Source: a virus. Taken from it: a stretch of 64,000 nucleotides of DNA. The stretch is from positions 2,390 to 66,389 of the IMG/VR virus record IMGVR_UViG_3300025326_000029; one strand, written 5' to 3'. The notes under the pieces are model-generated. The model did no database searches. It had not been told where the DNA came from and saw nothing but the letters and a program-made list of their open reading frames with translations. How positions within the stretch are numbered: position 1 is the stretch's first letter; each line of letters opens with the position of its first letter. The position numbers and the translations under genes are program-made. Below are positions 9,397-19,522 of this stretch, piece by piece.

Positions 9397-10175
9397 GAAG
9401 TTGGTTTCCCTTCTCTTTCCCAGGAGTCAGTTCGCATCGTCCATTCTCGAGATAGTCTATCCACATTCGACTGATAAACATCTCTCAACGCAAGCAAAAG
9501 CGCAATATTTGCCTCATGCTCTTGCACTCGTTTAGCCCATTCCAGTACTTTGCCGTCAAAATCAGCTTCTGCATTAAGAATATCAAGAAGTTTAGGTTTT
9601 TGCGTATCATGATCAATACGATCAAGCTTAGCTAATATTTCTCCCTTAGACCAACTATGAACCTGCTTAGCAGAAGCAAGATCAGATTTTTCTACACCCA
9701 ACAGCCAAAATGTACGCACCAGATACGCATTATTTTCTCCATGCAATTTTCGTACAGTGCGATCACTAAGTTCAGTAAGATCGCGTGTAATAGGAGAAGG
9801 ATCTCCTTGCGGATTTACAGGAATAGGCAGCCCTTCTGCTTTAATTCTCGCACGAGCCGCATCAGAAGCTTCATAACCTGGTCGAGAAGAGAGAGCAAGT
9901 TTTTCTTGCTCCTGCGTCAATTGTTCTTGCTGTACAGCATTATTCTGCTCCACAGCAATCTCTCCTCCTTCTGCCATATGCAAAATGCGCGTAACGTGAT
10001 CTCCACGAACACCTTGCTTATGAGCTTCCCGCGCACTTTCAATTAATCGTTCAGCTACTTGAATAACTGTATCAGGGCCATAATCAACCTTGACGCCCAT
10101 CGAACGAGCCTCAGCAACAATCGCTTGAGCTGCATCATGAGATAAATCAATCACTGCAACACCTCCTCCTGCCAT
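9393..10175 (-). CDS. Hypothetical helical protein in the recombination module
   Basis: 260-aa ORF in operon with coiled-coil C-terminal half. Confidence 0.6.
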   Translation of the reverse strand: MAGGGVAVIDLSHDAAQAIVAEARSMGVKVDYGPDTVIQVAERLIESAREAHKQGVRGDHVTRILHMAEGGEIAVEQNNAVQQEQLTQEQEKLALSSRPGYEASDAARARIKAEGLPIPVNPQGDPSPITRDLTELSDRTVRKLHGENNAYLVRTFWLLGVEKSDLASAKQVHSWSKGEILAKLDRIDHDTQKPKLLDILNAEADFDGKVLEWAKRVQEHEANIALLLALRDVYQSNVDRLSREWTMRTDSWEREGKPTS

Positions 10176-11089
10176 CTCTGCTTTAGCCTATTCCTTATAG
10201 CGACCAAATTCCAGGAATTATCAACATTGGTCGCAAGAGCTACAGCCGCCGAATCTTCAATTTTTGTTACACCATTTCGCTCATCAAGCTTGCATACATC
10301 ACGTTTAAATTCACAATACCGACAAGGTTTCTCTGTCCACATCCAAGAAGAATCACGCTCAGGTAACTCTCCACTTTTCCAGCAATTCTTTAAAAAGACA
10401 AGATTGCGTAAGGCTTCATCAACAGCTGTTTTATCGTATTCAATAAAATACTGAAATTGATTTGCAGGTTTACTTCTTGATACATAAAGCACAGTAGCCC
10501 CATCAGGCAGTTTCAAGCCCATCTCCGATAAACCAAGTTCTTCGAATAAACATATAATCATATGCGCATATGCAAGAGCTTGAGCAGCGTGTTCATAATC
10601 AAGTAAATTTTCTCCAGATTTCATTCGATCAATAACTTCATTTTCTTTGCTTTTAATTTCTACCGGATGCGCTCGCTCCCATCCATAAGCACGCAAATCA
10701 AGCACGGCGTCAGGAAATCCTGACAACCAAAATTCAGGTAACTCAAGTCTTCGTTGAACATCATATTTTCCAATTACAAGCACTCCAACATGCTCCCAAG
10801 ATCGTACAATCATCTCCTCGACGCTTTTACCTGCGTCCATCGTGGCAAGGCCAAAAACATCCGGATCGCCAATCCCAGGAACATTCATTAGTTGATAGAT
10901 CAAATAACGACCACACGCGCGTGAATGAGATGGAAAACGGCTAGCGGGGAAAGAAGTGCAAGCCCTAGTATTCTCCGTTTTTTCTGCCTGCTTCCGCGCT
11001 TCATAAGCATGTTTTGCAGCAAGATCAACTGGCGGACCAGTTTTTGCAACAAAACCTATTTGCTGAAGAAACTGTTCTCTAGTAGCCAT
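10151..11089 (-). CDS. Cas4-like PD-(D/E)XK exonuclease
   Basis: N-terminal Cys (RACGR), GFPDAVL...VEIKS, QALAY, C-terminal CRYCEFKRDVC Fe-S ligand pattern. Confidence 0.85.
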   Translation of the reverse strand: MATREQFLQQIGFVAKTGPPVDLAAKHAYEARKQAEKTENTRACTSFPASRFPSHSRACGRYLIYQLMNVPGIGDPDVFGLATMDAGKSVEEMIVRSWEHVGVLVIGKYDVQRRLELPEFWLSGFPDAVLDLRAYGWERAHPVEIKSKENEVIDRMKSGENLLDYEHAAQALAYAHMIICLFEELGLSEMGLKLPDGATVLYVSRSKPANQFQYFIEYDKTAVDEALRNLVFLKNCWKSGELPERDSSWMWTEKPCRYCEFKRDVCKLDERNGVTKIEDSAAVALATNVDNSWNLVAIRNRLKQRWQEEVLQ

Positions 11090-11523
11090 TAAATCAGCTC
11101 CTGTGATTCATTTGCTTCGCGTATAATCGCCGGAATTGATGATCGTATACGCTTAGCGTCAGCTGATGATTGCTTATGCAACCGAGATGCATCTTCACAC
11201 ATCGCTTTCCAATCATTCTTACGCATGATCACAAGATCATACTTTGGATCGGACCGTAAACGCACAGCCCAAACAGGAATATCACCAGTGCCCCCCGGAC
11301 CTTCACAGGCGCATACTGCCTCATCAATTTCATTAGCACCAACCGGGCAAGAATCCTTACGCGTCCACTTTAAACTCCAACGCACGCCGTAACCATGTAA
11401 ATCCAGTCGCGAGCTAAAACCGCTGCCGCTACCAGGAACTCGTTGTAACCCTAATTCTCTCGCCAGCTCCTCTTCGAACGCCAAACCAGCTTCACGACGA
11501 GCAGCTATCTCATCTTTTGACAC
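11089..11523 (-). CDS. Holliday junction resolvase-like nuclease
   Basis: GLAFEEELARELG..RVPGSG..D..SLK pattern; the ExK glutamate appears replaced. Confidence 0.65.
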   Translation of the reverse strand: MSKDEIAARREAGLAFEEELARELGLQRVPGSGSGFSSRLDLHGYGVRWSLKWTRKDSCPVGANEIDEAVCACEGPGGTGDIPVWAVRLRSDPKYDLVIMRKNDWKAMCEDASRLHKQSSADAKRIRSSIPAIIREANESQELI

Positions 11524-11785
11524 TATTACGCAACTCCTCGTGCAATATATTGTACAAACCTTCCATAAGCTCTCGTTTCCTCCGCTCTTTTAACTCAACC
11601 TCGCCAGAAATTAACTGTAGGAGTCGTTCTAACCCTGGCGGCGTTTTAGTCTTTTTCTTCAACAAATAAACATTCACAACTATTTTGTGAACACACCAGC
11701 TAACTAAAAAAACAAATTTCCCGCCCCACCAAATAAATCCAGTAATGATTGCAAGCAGTAACACTAATTCTATAACATCAGTCAA
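11510..11785 (-). CDS. Small membrane protein
   Basis: N-terminal hydrophobic helices, basic C-terminal half. Confidence 0.5.
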   Translation of the reverse strand: MTDVIELVLLLAIITGFIWWGGKFVFLVSWCVHKIVVNVYLLKKKTKTPPGLERLLQLISGEVELKERRKRELMEGLYNILHEELRNSVKR

Positions 11786-12501
11786 AGCAAAAAGCCTTTA
11801 CGGAACCCATCAGCTACTGCTTCAGTTATATTTTTTACTCCTAGTTTTTGAATGATATGCTTACGATGTCGCTTAACTGTAGAAGGAGATACAAAAATCT
11901 TAGCTGCTGTAGAATGTTCTGTTTCTCCATCAGCAGCAAGTGATAATACTTGTCTTTCTCTCTTTGTCAAGCCAGACTTAACTTCACTTATCCCAAGACT
12001 AACTCGTATTTGCCCTAGAGCGTGATTACAGATCTCCAAGACGCGATTAGCGCTCAAATGCTGTTGAGAGGCAACATCAGCATACGTCCTTCCTTCAACC
12101 AAAAGGGCATACACAATCTCCTTATCGCGTAACGACAGATCCTGCATCGCTCTTATGATCTGATCCATCTGCGGTGCAACTTCTAGATCATGAGCGGCGC
12201 TTGAATCTGCGTAAATTTCACTCAGCTTAGTAAGACGAACCCGAGCGCTCCCCCCACGAGTTCTTGGTCCAGTACGCCGAATCGCCTCAATCACAGTCGC
12301 TCGCACCCTACCGAATACATATGTCTCAAAAGATTCATCTGTGCTATCACGTTCGTGCATTGCTTTTGCAAGTGTCTCCAGCGCATCACCTTCAATCGCT
12401 TGAGTATCAGCCCAGGATGGAGCGCCAATCAACATCATTTGCACCATTCGTCGAACTCGAAGTATAAGTGAAGCTACAGGCTCATTTCGTCCTTGCGCCA
12501 C
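11782..12501 (-). CDS. Sigma-70-like factor (regions 2 and 4) fused to a C-terminal LuxR HTH
   Basis: FETYVFGRVRATVIEAIRR (r2), LSLRDKEIV..EGRTYADVA (r4), LTKRERQVLSLAADG..STVKRHRKHIIQKLGV (LuxR). Confidence 0.85.
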   Translation of the reverse strand: MAQGRNEPVASLILRVRRMVQMMLIGAPSWADTQAIEGDALETLAKAMHERDSTDESFETYVFGRVRATVIEAIRRTGPRTRGGSARVRLTKLSEIYADSSAAHDLEVAPQMDQIIRAMQDLSLRDKEIVYALLVEGRTYADVASQQHLSANRVLEICNHALGQIRVSLGISEVKSGLTKRERQVLSLAADGETEHSTAAKIFVSPSTVKRHRKHIIQKLGVKNITEAVADGFRKGFLL

Positions 12502-12529
12502 TCATTGCCACCATTCTCCTACGTATATT

Positions 12530-13351
12530 TCAACGATCAACTGCTACTACTGCTTCTCCCTGATCGCGAAGCAACATTTCCATCCTAGAATAAGGAAGCC
12601 AGACGAGAGGAAATGATCTTCCCCAGCTGTTTTTCAAACGAAAAGCCTGACGCTTGTCAGATGCGCCATAAAGACACACTGCGTGACCGCCAAGAACAAC
12701 ATCTTGCGGCCTCTGTTTTTCGCGTATCCACCAATCACTATTCCGAAGATGAATTAACTCACTCGGCATCATATCGCTCCACCAAAATACACCGATCACC
12801 ACCGGCAAACCCTTTTGAAGCGCCGTCCTAATCTCATCAACATCCGCCGCCCACCGATATGTAGTGACACCTTCGGCAGGATCAGGAGTATCCGAGCCAA
12901 TCACCACAGGTCTTTCATCAGCATTTAAATAAATTCTGCGCGCACGCTTTACGCCAATGTCCTTTGCTACTTGATACGCAGCTCGTATACTTGTCCCGTT
13001 ATTATCTCCAATATTTGTATCTAGCCATTCATCTACAACCTTAGCCTGTTCCCATTGCCAGATTGGATCATAACGACGAGAAGGACGAAATAAATTAACC
13101 CAAGCGTTTTGACTTCCGTTTGAAATTGCCCGTTCCATGACAACAGCATGGCCTACGCAGCTAGAAGTAGATCCCTGCTCTGCTTGCCAATGATGCCAAG
13201 GCAATTTCAGAATTTTTTCGACCTTGACTACTGAAATAGGCATAGCAAAGCTTAATGGATACTTACTAACATGCTCCCATGAAGTTGGAATTCTTCTTCC
13301 TAGAACAAACATCATCCAACTTCCTCTCGCAACAACGACATCAACTCCCAA
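12530..13351 (-). CDS. Papain-like (C1) cysteine peptidase (likely start MMFVLG, ~13315)
   Basis: QGSTSSCVGHA, GGHAVCLYG and KNSWG: complete Gln/Cys/His/Asn set. Confidence 0.9.
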   Translation of the reverse strand: MGVDVVVARGSWMMFVLGRRIPTSWEHVSKYPLSFAMPISVVKVEKILKLPWHHWQAEQGSTSSCVGHAVVMERAISNGSQNAWVNLFRPSRRYDPIWQWEQAKVVDEWLDTNIGDNNGTSIRAAYQVAKDIGVKRARRIYLNADERPVVIGSDTPDPAEGVTTYRWAADVDEIRTALQKGLPVVIGVFWWSDMMPSELIHLRNSDWWIREKQRPQDVVLGGHAVCLYGASDKRQAFRLKNSWGRSFPLVWLPYSRMEMLLRDQGEAVVAVDR

Positions 13352-14121
13352 CCAAAATAAAATTCTTCCAAGCTATGAGCGTTCTCCCGTACGACAATTT
13401 CTTTTACTTCATCTTTGATATCTTCACCGAGAGCAACAAGTTTCAAATTACGCTCAACCTTTTCGCTATTAATACCAAGCCGACGAATTTCCTCATCTCT
13501 CCAGCATGGATTCAATTTGCAAATCGCAGAAGCAGCCGGACGACTAAGTAATCCCGGCACACCATCAGAAGAGCATCCCACCAATGCTTTATAAAGACGA
13601 TATGAAGAAGGAGAAAAGCCATGCTCCACCTCAAACTCCATCCGCCCATAGGGAACAGAACCCGGAGCCGCATAAATCAAAACATCTTCTTCGGAGAGAA
13701 GCTGACGCAAGTCATGATCAGCAGTCAAAATCGCGATTCGCTTCCCAATAAAACTTCTAACTAAAAGCGCAATCGCATCATCAGCTTCCCCGCCGTGAAC
13801 CGCGACGGGATGATAACCCTTCAAAACTGACCACTGCGGAATAGCATCAACCTGTTCTGTCACCCACCATTCGCTACGATCCGATCTAGATGCCTTATAT
13901 TCATTCCAGAACAGTCTTCGTCGAGAAGCACCGCCACCTTCCATCGCCACATAAACTGTCTCTGCTCTTAAATCACGAACCATCGCATCCACCAACCGAA
14001 TAAAACCGTAAAGCCCTCCCAAGCTGACACCATCGCTCCTACAGAAATGGTTGAGCTTGCGAGCACAACGTGCATAAACGTTCATCGCATCCACAAGCAA
14101 AATCGGCGGCGCCAGTGTCAA
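13312..14121 (-). CDS. 5'-3' exonuclease / flap endonuclease (PolA N-terminal or T4 RNase H-like)
   Basis: LLVDAMN, YKASR, EADDAIA, TADHDLRQL, ALVGCSSDGVPG. Confidence 0.9.
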   Translation of the reverse strand: MTLAPPILLVDAMNVYARCARKLNHFCRSDGVSLGGLYGFIRLVDAMVRDLRAETVYVAMEGGGASRRRLFWNEYKASRSDRSEWWVTEQVDAIPQWSVLKGYHPVAVHGGEADDAIALLVRSFIGKRIAILTADHDLRQLLSEEDVLIYAAPGSVPYGRMEFEVEHGFSPSSYRLYKALVGCSSDGVPGLLSRPAASAICKLNPCWRDEEIRRLGINSEKVERNLKLVALGEDIKDEVKEIVVRENAHSLEEFYFGWELMSLLREEVG

Positions 14122-14124
14122 GAT

Positions 14125-14358
14125 CTAGTAAGAGGCCCAAGTGTGCCCGATCGTGCCGTCTCCTTTGACCAGTGACGTCTTACCGACCCACTCGCCATCC
14201 GTTGCACCGCCACCTTTAGTAGCGTAATCTGCATTACCAGCTACAATTGCGCTCACCGTCTGACTGTCATAAACAGTAGTAACAAAACCAAACGTCTGAG
14301 CTACTCCCTGCACTGAATCTCCAGCAAAAACTCTAATCTTAGTACCAACTCTAGCCAT
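14125..14358 (-). CDS. Small beta-rich hypothetical protein
   Basis: 77 aa, strong AAGGAG RBS. Confidence 0.6.
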   Translation of the reverse strand: MARVGTKIRVFAGDSVQGVAQTFGFVTTVYDSQTVSAIVAGNADYATKGGGATDGEWVGKTSLVKGDGTIGHTWASY

Positions 14359-14369
14359 TTACACTCCTT

Positions 14370-15389
14370 TTAAGCCGCTCGAAGCTTTTCTCGCACCTGT
14401 TCGGCAAATTCAGGATGCAAGCCAATATATTCACGCAAACTTGGCTCTCCATGTAGCCGTTCTCCATCTGGAGCTGTGTACCAACCTCCCCTACCACCAC
14501 CGTTAATCAAGCCATGAAATTTGGCTGCCTTAACTAACTCCCAAGTTAGATCCCAACCACCACTAGCAAAATCATAACGCATCCTGGCTGTACGTAGTGG
14601 GCGACAAACTCTAGACTTGACTACTCGAGCTATCATTTCAATCCCCTCCGGCTCAGCCATCTCAGATGCCCCTTTCTGCATGGGAGCTTCTGGATCAAGA
14701 CGGCCATCCGCAGTCCGATAAAGCCAAGTCGCTCGCTTAAAGTAAACTGTCATCGAGGAAACAAAATCAATAAACCGACCCCCTGGAGAATGCTCTCCAC
14801 CAGTTTGACCAAAAGAATCTCGAGCTTGATTAATCATGATAACTGCATTATCAACGGCAAGTTTATCATGAACTCTAATAAGCACTTTTCCCCAAGCTCT
14901 AGCACTTAATCCTCGCTGCCACTCCTCAACTTTTGCGTTAAGAGCGTCAACTGAGATTGCATTGGCGAGAGAGTCAACTATATGTACATGATAAGTGCTA
15001 AGTAGCGACTCCATCATATCGCCAATAGATTCAATTTTTACTTCCTCAACAACACGAAAGCGATCACTACTCAGATCAATTCCTTGCTTGCTAACAAAAT
15101 CAGGATCGAATTGCTTCTCGATATTGTAATAGCATACCCCAAGACCCATCTTCATTGCATTACGCGTAACGTTCCACCCAGTAAGAGACTTACCGCTAGA
15201 AATCCCTCCCCACAAATGTGTCCAACGCCCCATTGGTATCCCGCCACCTGTAGCATGGTCAAGCTCATGACTACCTGTACTAATTCGAGCGATAGGAGGA
15301 GCATCTATCCCAGAATGTATTGAACCTACGCCATATTTCTTTTCAATAGCAGCAAATACAAAACTAGCTTGCGACGGGTCTACCGGCAT
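14370..15389 (-). CDS. recA: RecA-family recombinase
   Basis: ISTGS..LD.ATGGGIPMGR, GGISSGKS, IVDS, INQAR, PGG motifs. Confidence 0.92.
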   Translation of the reverse strand: MPVDPSQASFVFAAIEKKYGVGSIHSGIDAPPIARISTGSHELDHATGGGIPMGRWTHLWGGISSGKSLTGWNVTRNAMKMGLGVCYYNIEKQFDPDFVSKQGIDLSSDRFRVVEEVKIESIGDMMESLLSTYHVHIVDSLANAISVDALNAKVEEWQRGLSARAWGKVLIRVHDKLAVDNAVIMINQARDSFGQTGGEHSPGGRFIDFVSSMTVYFKRATWLYRTADGRLDPEAPMQKGASEMAEPEGIEMIARVVKSRVCRPLRTARMRYDFASGGWDLTWELVKAAKFHGLINGGGRGGWYTAPDGERLHGEPSLREYIGLHPEFAEQVREKLRAA

Positions 15390-18300
15390 TTGCCTCTCCC
15401 TTTTTCAACGCATTTACCAACTTTTCAATTTCACATGCAGTATCAGCAAGCACTGACCCCCTCTCTCTATCTTTTCGCCCGCCAACTATAACTATCTCAC
15501 CAGAAAGCAAAAACCCCTTATATCTCATATATGGTTCAGCAAAAAATGTACATGAATACATATTCTCACCATACATTAGATCAACAAAAGCCATCTGACC
15601 GCGCTTGCTTTTGATCTCTCTTACGCTGATAACTTCTCCTGCGACAGTAACACGAGATCCGGGAGGTAGCTGTTCGATCTCATCAGATGAATGTATTCTA
15701 GCATCTATTATATCTTTATAACGCGACAGCTCTGATCCTCCACTAAGCGCAAAGCCAAGAATCTTTCGCTCTGCTTTCGCACAATCACGTTGCTCCCAAT
15801 CGGCCCTACCACCAATTGAATCAAACGCGCCACAATCATGAAGATTCTGTCTAGCGCGAGAATTACACCTTCGCGACATAACTCGTTGCTTAAAATCATC
15901 CAGCGAATAGAACGGGCGCTTATCAATAATTTCTCCTATAGCTGCATCACCAACATAAGCAACAGGAGAAAGGCCAAAACGAATTGCATTAGTGTCTAAT
16001 GTAAAGCTAAGTTCGGACGCGTTTATGTCTGGAGGAAGAATGTTGATCCCATGTGTAGTCGCCTCTCTGATTACTTTTGCCAATTTATCAGGCTCATAAG
16101 ACATCAAAGCGGCGTAAAATTCTAACGGATAACGCAATTTAAGCCACATGTCGCGATAGGCTTCCATAGCATACCCTGCTGCATGCGAGCGATTGAATGA
16201 GTACTGGGAGAAGAAGATAACTTGCTTCCACACCCAATACGCGAAGTCCTTCTGCGAATGACCGAGGTTGGAACACACATCTGCGACAAATTCTTCCCCT
16301 TTTTGGCGCAACTCTTTCGCTCCGCGTGGATCACGTAACGCTCCTTTTCCAATCGTATGTCTAAGTTCATCCGCTCTCGCTGGTGTCCATCCAGCCAGTT
16401 TAGAAGTCACTTGAACTACCTGTTCTTGAAAGACAATAATCCCGTACGTACGTTCTACAAAAGGCGTTGCTGGTCCCCATTGATCAAGATCGTAAGGCTT
16501 CCTTCCATTTTTTCTATCTCCATACAAATAGGCAGTACCTGAATCAAGAGGACCTGGACGATACAATGCATTTGCAGCAACAAGATCAGTGAAGCTTGTA
16601 GGTTTGATTTGTCGCAGCAAGCCGGTGATTCCCAATGACTCAAACTGAAAAACACCCAACGTCATTCCGTGGCCGAAAGCATCAATTACATCATTTTCAG
16701 CAGCATCTTGATCAACGATGACAGGAAAACTATCAATGTCTTCAAAGTCGATTTTTATTCCATGACGTTGTTCTATTAGCCCCATTGCATAATCGCGTCT
16801 AGTCAACGCATCAGTAGCTAATACATCAATTTTTACAAAGCCATATTTAACAATTGGCGTCTGCGACCACTGTGTGATCACATGACCATCTTTCGCTTTC
16901 ATCGTGGGCATATACTCATAAATCGGCCTATCTGCTACAACAACACCACCAGGATGACGGGAGTTAGTCTTGGTCTGTCCCTCAATCCTGACAGCATGTT
17001 TCCAGACATGCGGATATTTTTCAGCAAAAGCTGCTACGCCAGAAATACTAAGCGCCGTTTCAAGCGTTGTGTCTCCATCAACACCTTCCAACAACGAAGT
17101 GACGTGCGCAGATTCAGGGAAAGGAATTTTCAACACTCGAGAGACATCCTTAATTGCAGTCCGCATACCAAACGTAACATAACTAGCAATATCACTGACA
17201 TTATCTCGCCCCCAGCGATCAGCAAGATAAGATTTGATTTCATTACGCCGATCATGCTGAAAGTCAATATCAACATCAGGTTGTTCTGCTCGATGCTCGT
17301 TTAAAAAACGCTCAAACAACAATTCGTGCCCGATCGGATCAACAGAAGTAATACGACAGAGAAAGGCGACCAACGACCCCGCAGCAGACCCTCTCCCCGC
17401 TCCAACTGCAATTGGTCGTCCTGGCGCCTCAAACTTCGCCCATCTCACTGCGTCAGCAATGATAGCCATATAAGAAAGAGAATCCATTCGACGCATAACA
17501 TCGAGTTCTTCTTCCATTCTCTTTCGATATTGAGCATCATCTTCTTTATGCAGTCTTTTCAGCCCTTCTTCGCACCAACTTCTCAATGCTTGCTCTGAGT
17601 TACCAGCTTGAGAAGAGAAACGAGGAATCTTGGGACTACGATCCAACTCAAGAAAATGTGAATGCGACACTATAAGATTGGTATTACTTATTGCTTCTGT
17701 AACTAAGTGAGCTGGTAGCTCTGGATGATGATGAGCGAAAGCAGCTAACGTTTCCTCTTTAGACATAACATAAAAACTATTTCCAGAGAAGGAAAGATAA
17801 TCGTCGCCTTTTTCTCTTGCCGCCTCCCTTGTCTTAAGAGTTTGCCCAGTGCTACACATCACAAGCACATCATGTGTGCCTGCCCATTCTTCATAAGGGT
17901 AGTGAACATCGCAAGTAGCTACTAAAGGAAGACCATACTTTTGCGCGAAGGAGGCTAAATGCAAATTAGCGACCTTCTGCTCAGGAATATCATGCGGTTG
18001 AATCTCCACAAAAAGACGATCACCGAAGATCGAAACCATCCTCTTAAGCGCAGTCACCGCCTCTTCTTCATTCCCCTGTAGAAGCATGGCGGGAATAAAA
18101 CCACTAAGACAGCTCGTGAAAGCTACTAGCCCATCAGAATAACGCTCAAGCAGATCCCAATCAACACAAGGTCTATAATAAAAATAATCTGATCTATAGG
18201 AAGCCGTGCTTAGTCTAATTAGATTTTTCCAACCATTCATATTTATCGCCAACAACACAAGATGATACGCACGCCGATTTTGTCTATTATGTTGTTTTGC

Positions 18301-18516
18301 ATCTTCGCGAAAATAAGCTTCAATGCCGGGAATTGAACGCAGCCCATACTCATCACAAGCTTCACGATGTTCAAGTATCCCGGCCATCGTGCCATGATCC
18401 GTAAGCGCGATAGCTTCGTGTCCTAACTCTGCAGCACGTGCCACATGTAAACGAGCCTTACCGCAGCCATCTAACTGTGAATAATCACAATGCGCATGTA
18501 GATGAACGAAGCCCAC
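15364..18516 (-). CDS. dnaE: DNA polymerase III alpha subunit (PHP, catalytic and OB domains)
   Basis: FVHLHAH, ALTDHG, GRGSAAGS, PDVDIDF, KID, FNRSHA, C-terminal OB fold. Confidence 0.97.
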   Translation of the reverse strand: MGFVHLHAHCDYSQLDGCGKARLHVARAAELGHEAIALTDHGTMAGILEHREACDEYGLRSIPGIEAYFREDAKQHNRQNRRAYHLVLLAINMNGWKNLIRLSTASYRSDYFYYRPCVDWDLLERYSDGLVAFTSCLSGFIPAMLLQGNEEEAVTALKRMVSIFGDRLFVEIQPHDIPEQKVANLHLASFAQKYGLPLVATCDVHYPYEEWAGTHDVLVMCSTGQTLKTREAAREKGDDYLSFSGNSFYVMSKEETLAAFAHHHPELPAHLVTEAISNTNLIVSHSHFLELDRSPKIPRFSSQAGNSEQALRSWCEEGLKRLHKEDDAQYRKRMEEELDVMRRMDSLSYMAIIADAVRWAKFEAPGRPIAVGAGRGSAAGSLVAFLCRITSVDPIGHELLFERFLNEHRAEQPDVDIDFQHDRRNEIKSYLADRWGRDNVSDIASYVTFGMRTAIKDVSRVLKIPFPESAHVTSLLEGVDGDTTLETALSISGVAAFAEKYPHVWKHAVRIEGQTKTNSRHPGGVVVADRPIYEYMPTMKAKDGHVITQWSQTPIVKYGFVKIDVLATDALTRRDYAMGLIEQRHGIKIDFEDIDSFPVIVDQDAAENDVIDAFGHGMTLGVFQFESLGITGLLRQIKPTSFTDLVAANALYRPGPLDSGTAYLYGDRKNGRKPYDLDQWGPATPFVERTYGIIVFQEQVVQVTSKLAGWTPARADELRHTIGKGALRDPRGAKELRQKGEEFVADVCSNLGHSQKDFAYWVWKQVIFFSQYSFNRSHAAGYAMEAYRDMWLKLRYPLEFYAALMSYEPDKLAKVIREATTHGINILPPDINASELSFTLDTNAIRFGLSPVAYVGDAAIGEIIDKRPFYSLDDFKQRVMSRRCNSRARQNLHDCGAFDSIGGRADWEQRDCAKAERKILGFALSGGSELSRYKDIIDARIHSSDEIEQLPPGSRVTVAGEVISVREIKSKRGQMAFVDLMYGENMYSCTFFAEPYMRYKGFLLSGEIVIVGGRKDRERGSVLADTACEIEKLVNALKKGEANAGRPVAS

Positions 18517-18547
18517 CTAATCTCCTCTTAATCCGAATGATTAGCAA

Positions 18548-18706
18548 TCAATGATCGCTACTTACTATTACCCACGTAGCGCGACGACAGAACGAACAAA
18601 GTATTGATCCCAAACGAATCAAACAGCTATCAACTTGCCCTCCGCAAGAGATACATTTCTTCGCTTCTTCTAAATAATCCATTGTTATCACGCTAAGCGT
18701 TATCAT
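18548..18706 (-). CDS. 52-aa Zn-finger-like protein (not in ORF track)
   Basis: Own translation: MITLSVITMDYLEEAKKCISCGGQVDSCLIRLGSILCSFCRR...; TAATG overlap. Confidence 0.55.
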   Translation of the reverse strand: MITLSVITMDYLEEAKKCISCGGQVDSCLIRLGSILCSFCRRATWVIVSSDH

Positions 18707-18954
18707 TACTTTGGTTTTCTATCAGAGTCCCAAACCTTTATCGCTGGCATTGGCATAGATACTATCTGTCCGCGTGTTAATTTTTCAGCAGATACGCTTT
18801 CTAAACCAATATAACCTAAATCATTAAACTGTTTGGAGTCACATTCTGGACAATGCGAAAAATTTCTTGGATACATTCCAGCGCCTAACAAGGTAACAAA
18901 CCCACATTGAACACATCGCAACCCGCGACAAGCCCATGCTTCAGCCATTAACAT
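18706..18954 (-). CDS. Zn-ribbon protein
   Basis: CVQCG...CPECDS. Confidence 0.6.
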   Translation of the reverse strand: MLMAEAWACRGLRCVQCGFVTLLGAGMYPRNFSHCPECDSKQFNDLGYIGLESVSAEKLTRGQIVSMPMPAIKVWDSDRKPK

Positions 18955-19522
18955 TCACCTTCCACAACTTTTCACTATAAAACGCTAATTCTTTGATACA
19001 CAACCGCAAATCAGCCATTGCTCTATGTGGAGAACCTTCATGACGAACGAGATTAGGAAGCCACATCTTGCAGCAGGAACGAATCGTAGAGACATCAAGG
19101 TTTCTATAATGAACATAATCAAGAACCCATGGCAGTTTTTCAACCAAAAACGCCCGGTCAAAGTGAATTCCAGAACCAGCTAACAACGGTTTCTTTTCTA
19201 AGTCAGTAGAAATAGATTTTAAAAATGTTCTAATTGTCTCAGAGAAAACTTCTGGCAAACAACCAGTAACAACTTCTTTTAACAATCCGCTCTTGCTATG
19301 CATCATAATCACTTCAGAAGTCATCTCCAACATATTAACAGGAACGCGCTGTATAGCTTCCATCTCTGCTTTTATATTCAATTTTTCGTCAGTAAGCACA
19401 AAAGCTATTTCTAAAATATGATCTATCTCGGGACGCAACCCTGAAGTCTCAAGATCACAAAAAAGCAATGATGATATTTGATTATTTTTACGATTCATCG
19501 CGACACAAGACCATATAGCCAA
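18941..19522 (-). CDS. orn: Oligoribonuclease (DEDDh 3'-5' exonuclease)
   Basis: DLETSGL, MHSKSGL, LAGSGIHFDRAFL, HYRNLDVST, HRAMAD. Confidence 0.9.
   Translation of the reverse strand: MAIWSCVAMNRKNNQISSLLFCDLETSGLRPEIDHILEIAFVLTDEKLNIKAEMEAIQRVPVNMLEMTSEVIMMHSKSGLLKEVVTGCLPEVFSETIRTFLKSISTDLEKKPLLAGSGIHFDRAFLVEKLPWVLDYVHYRNLDVSTIRSCCKMWLPNLVRHEGSPHRAMADLRLCIKELAFYSEKLWKVNVNG

Noticed and set aside
10151-11089. Cas4-like gene as evidence of CRISPR-Cas
   Set aside because: Stand-alone Cas4-like nucleases are common in phage recombination modules; no cas1/cas2 or array
15364-18516. Intein or intron in dnaE (also checked terL, dnaB, recA)
   Set aside because: Lengths are normal, motifs contiguous, no C...HN intein ends seen
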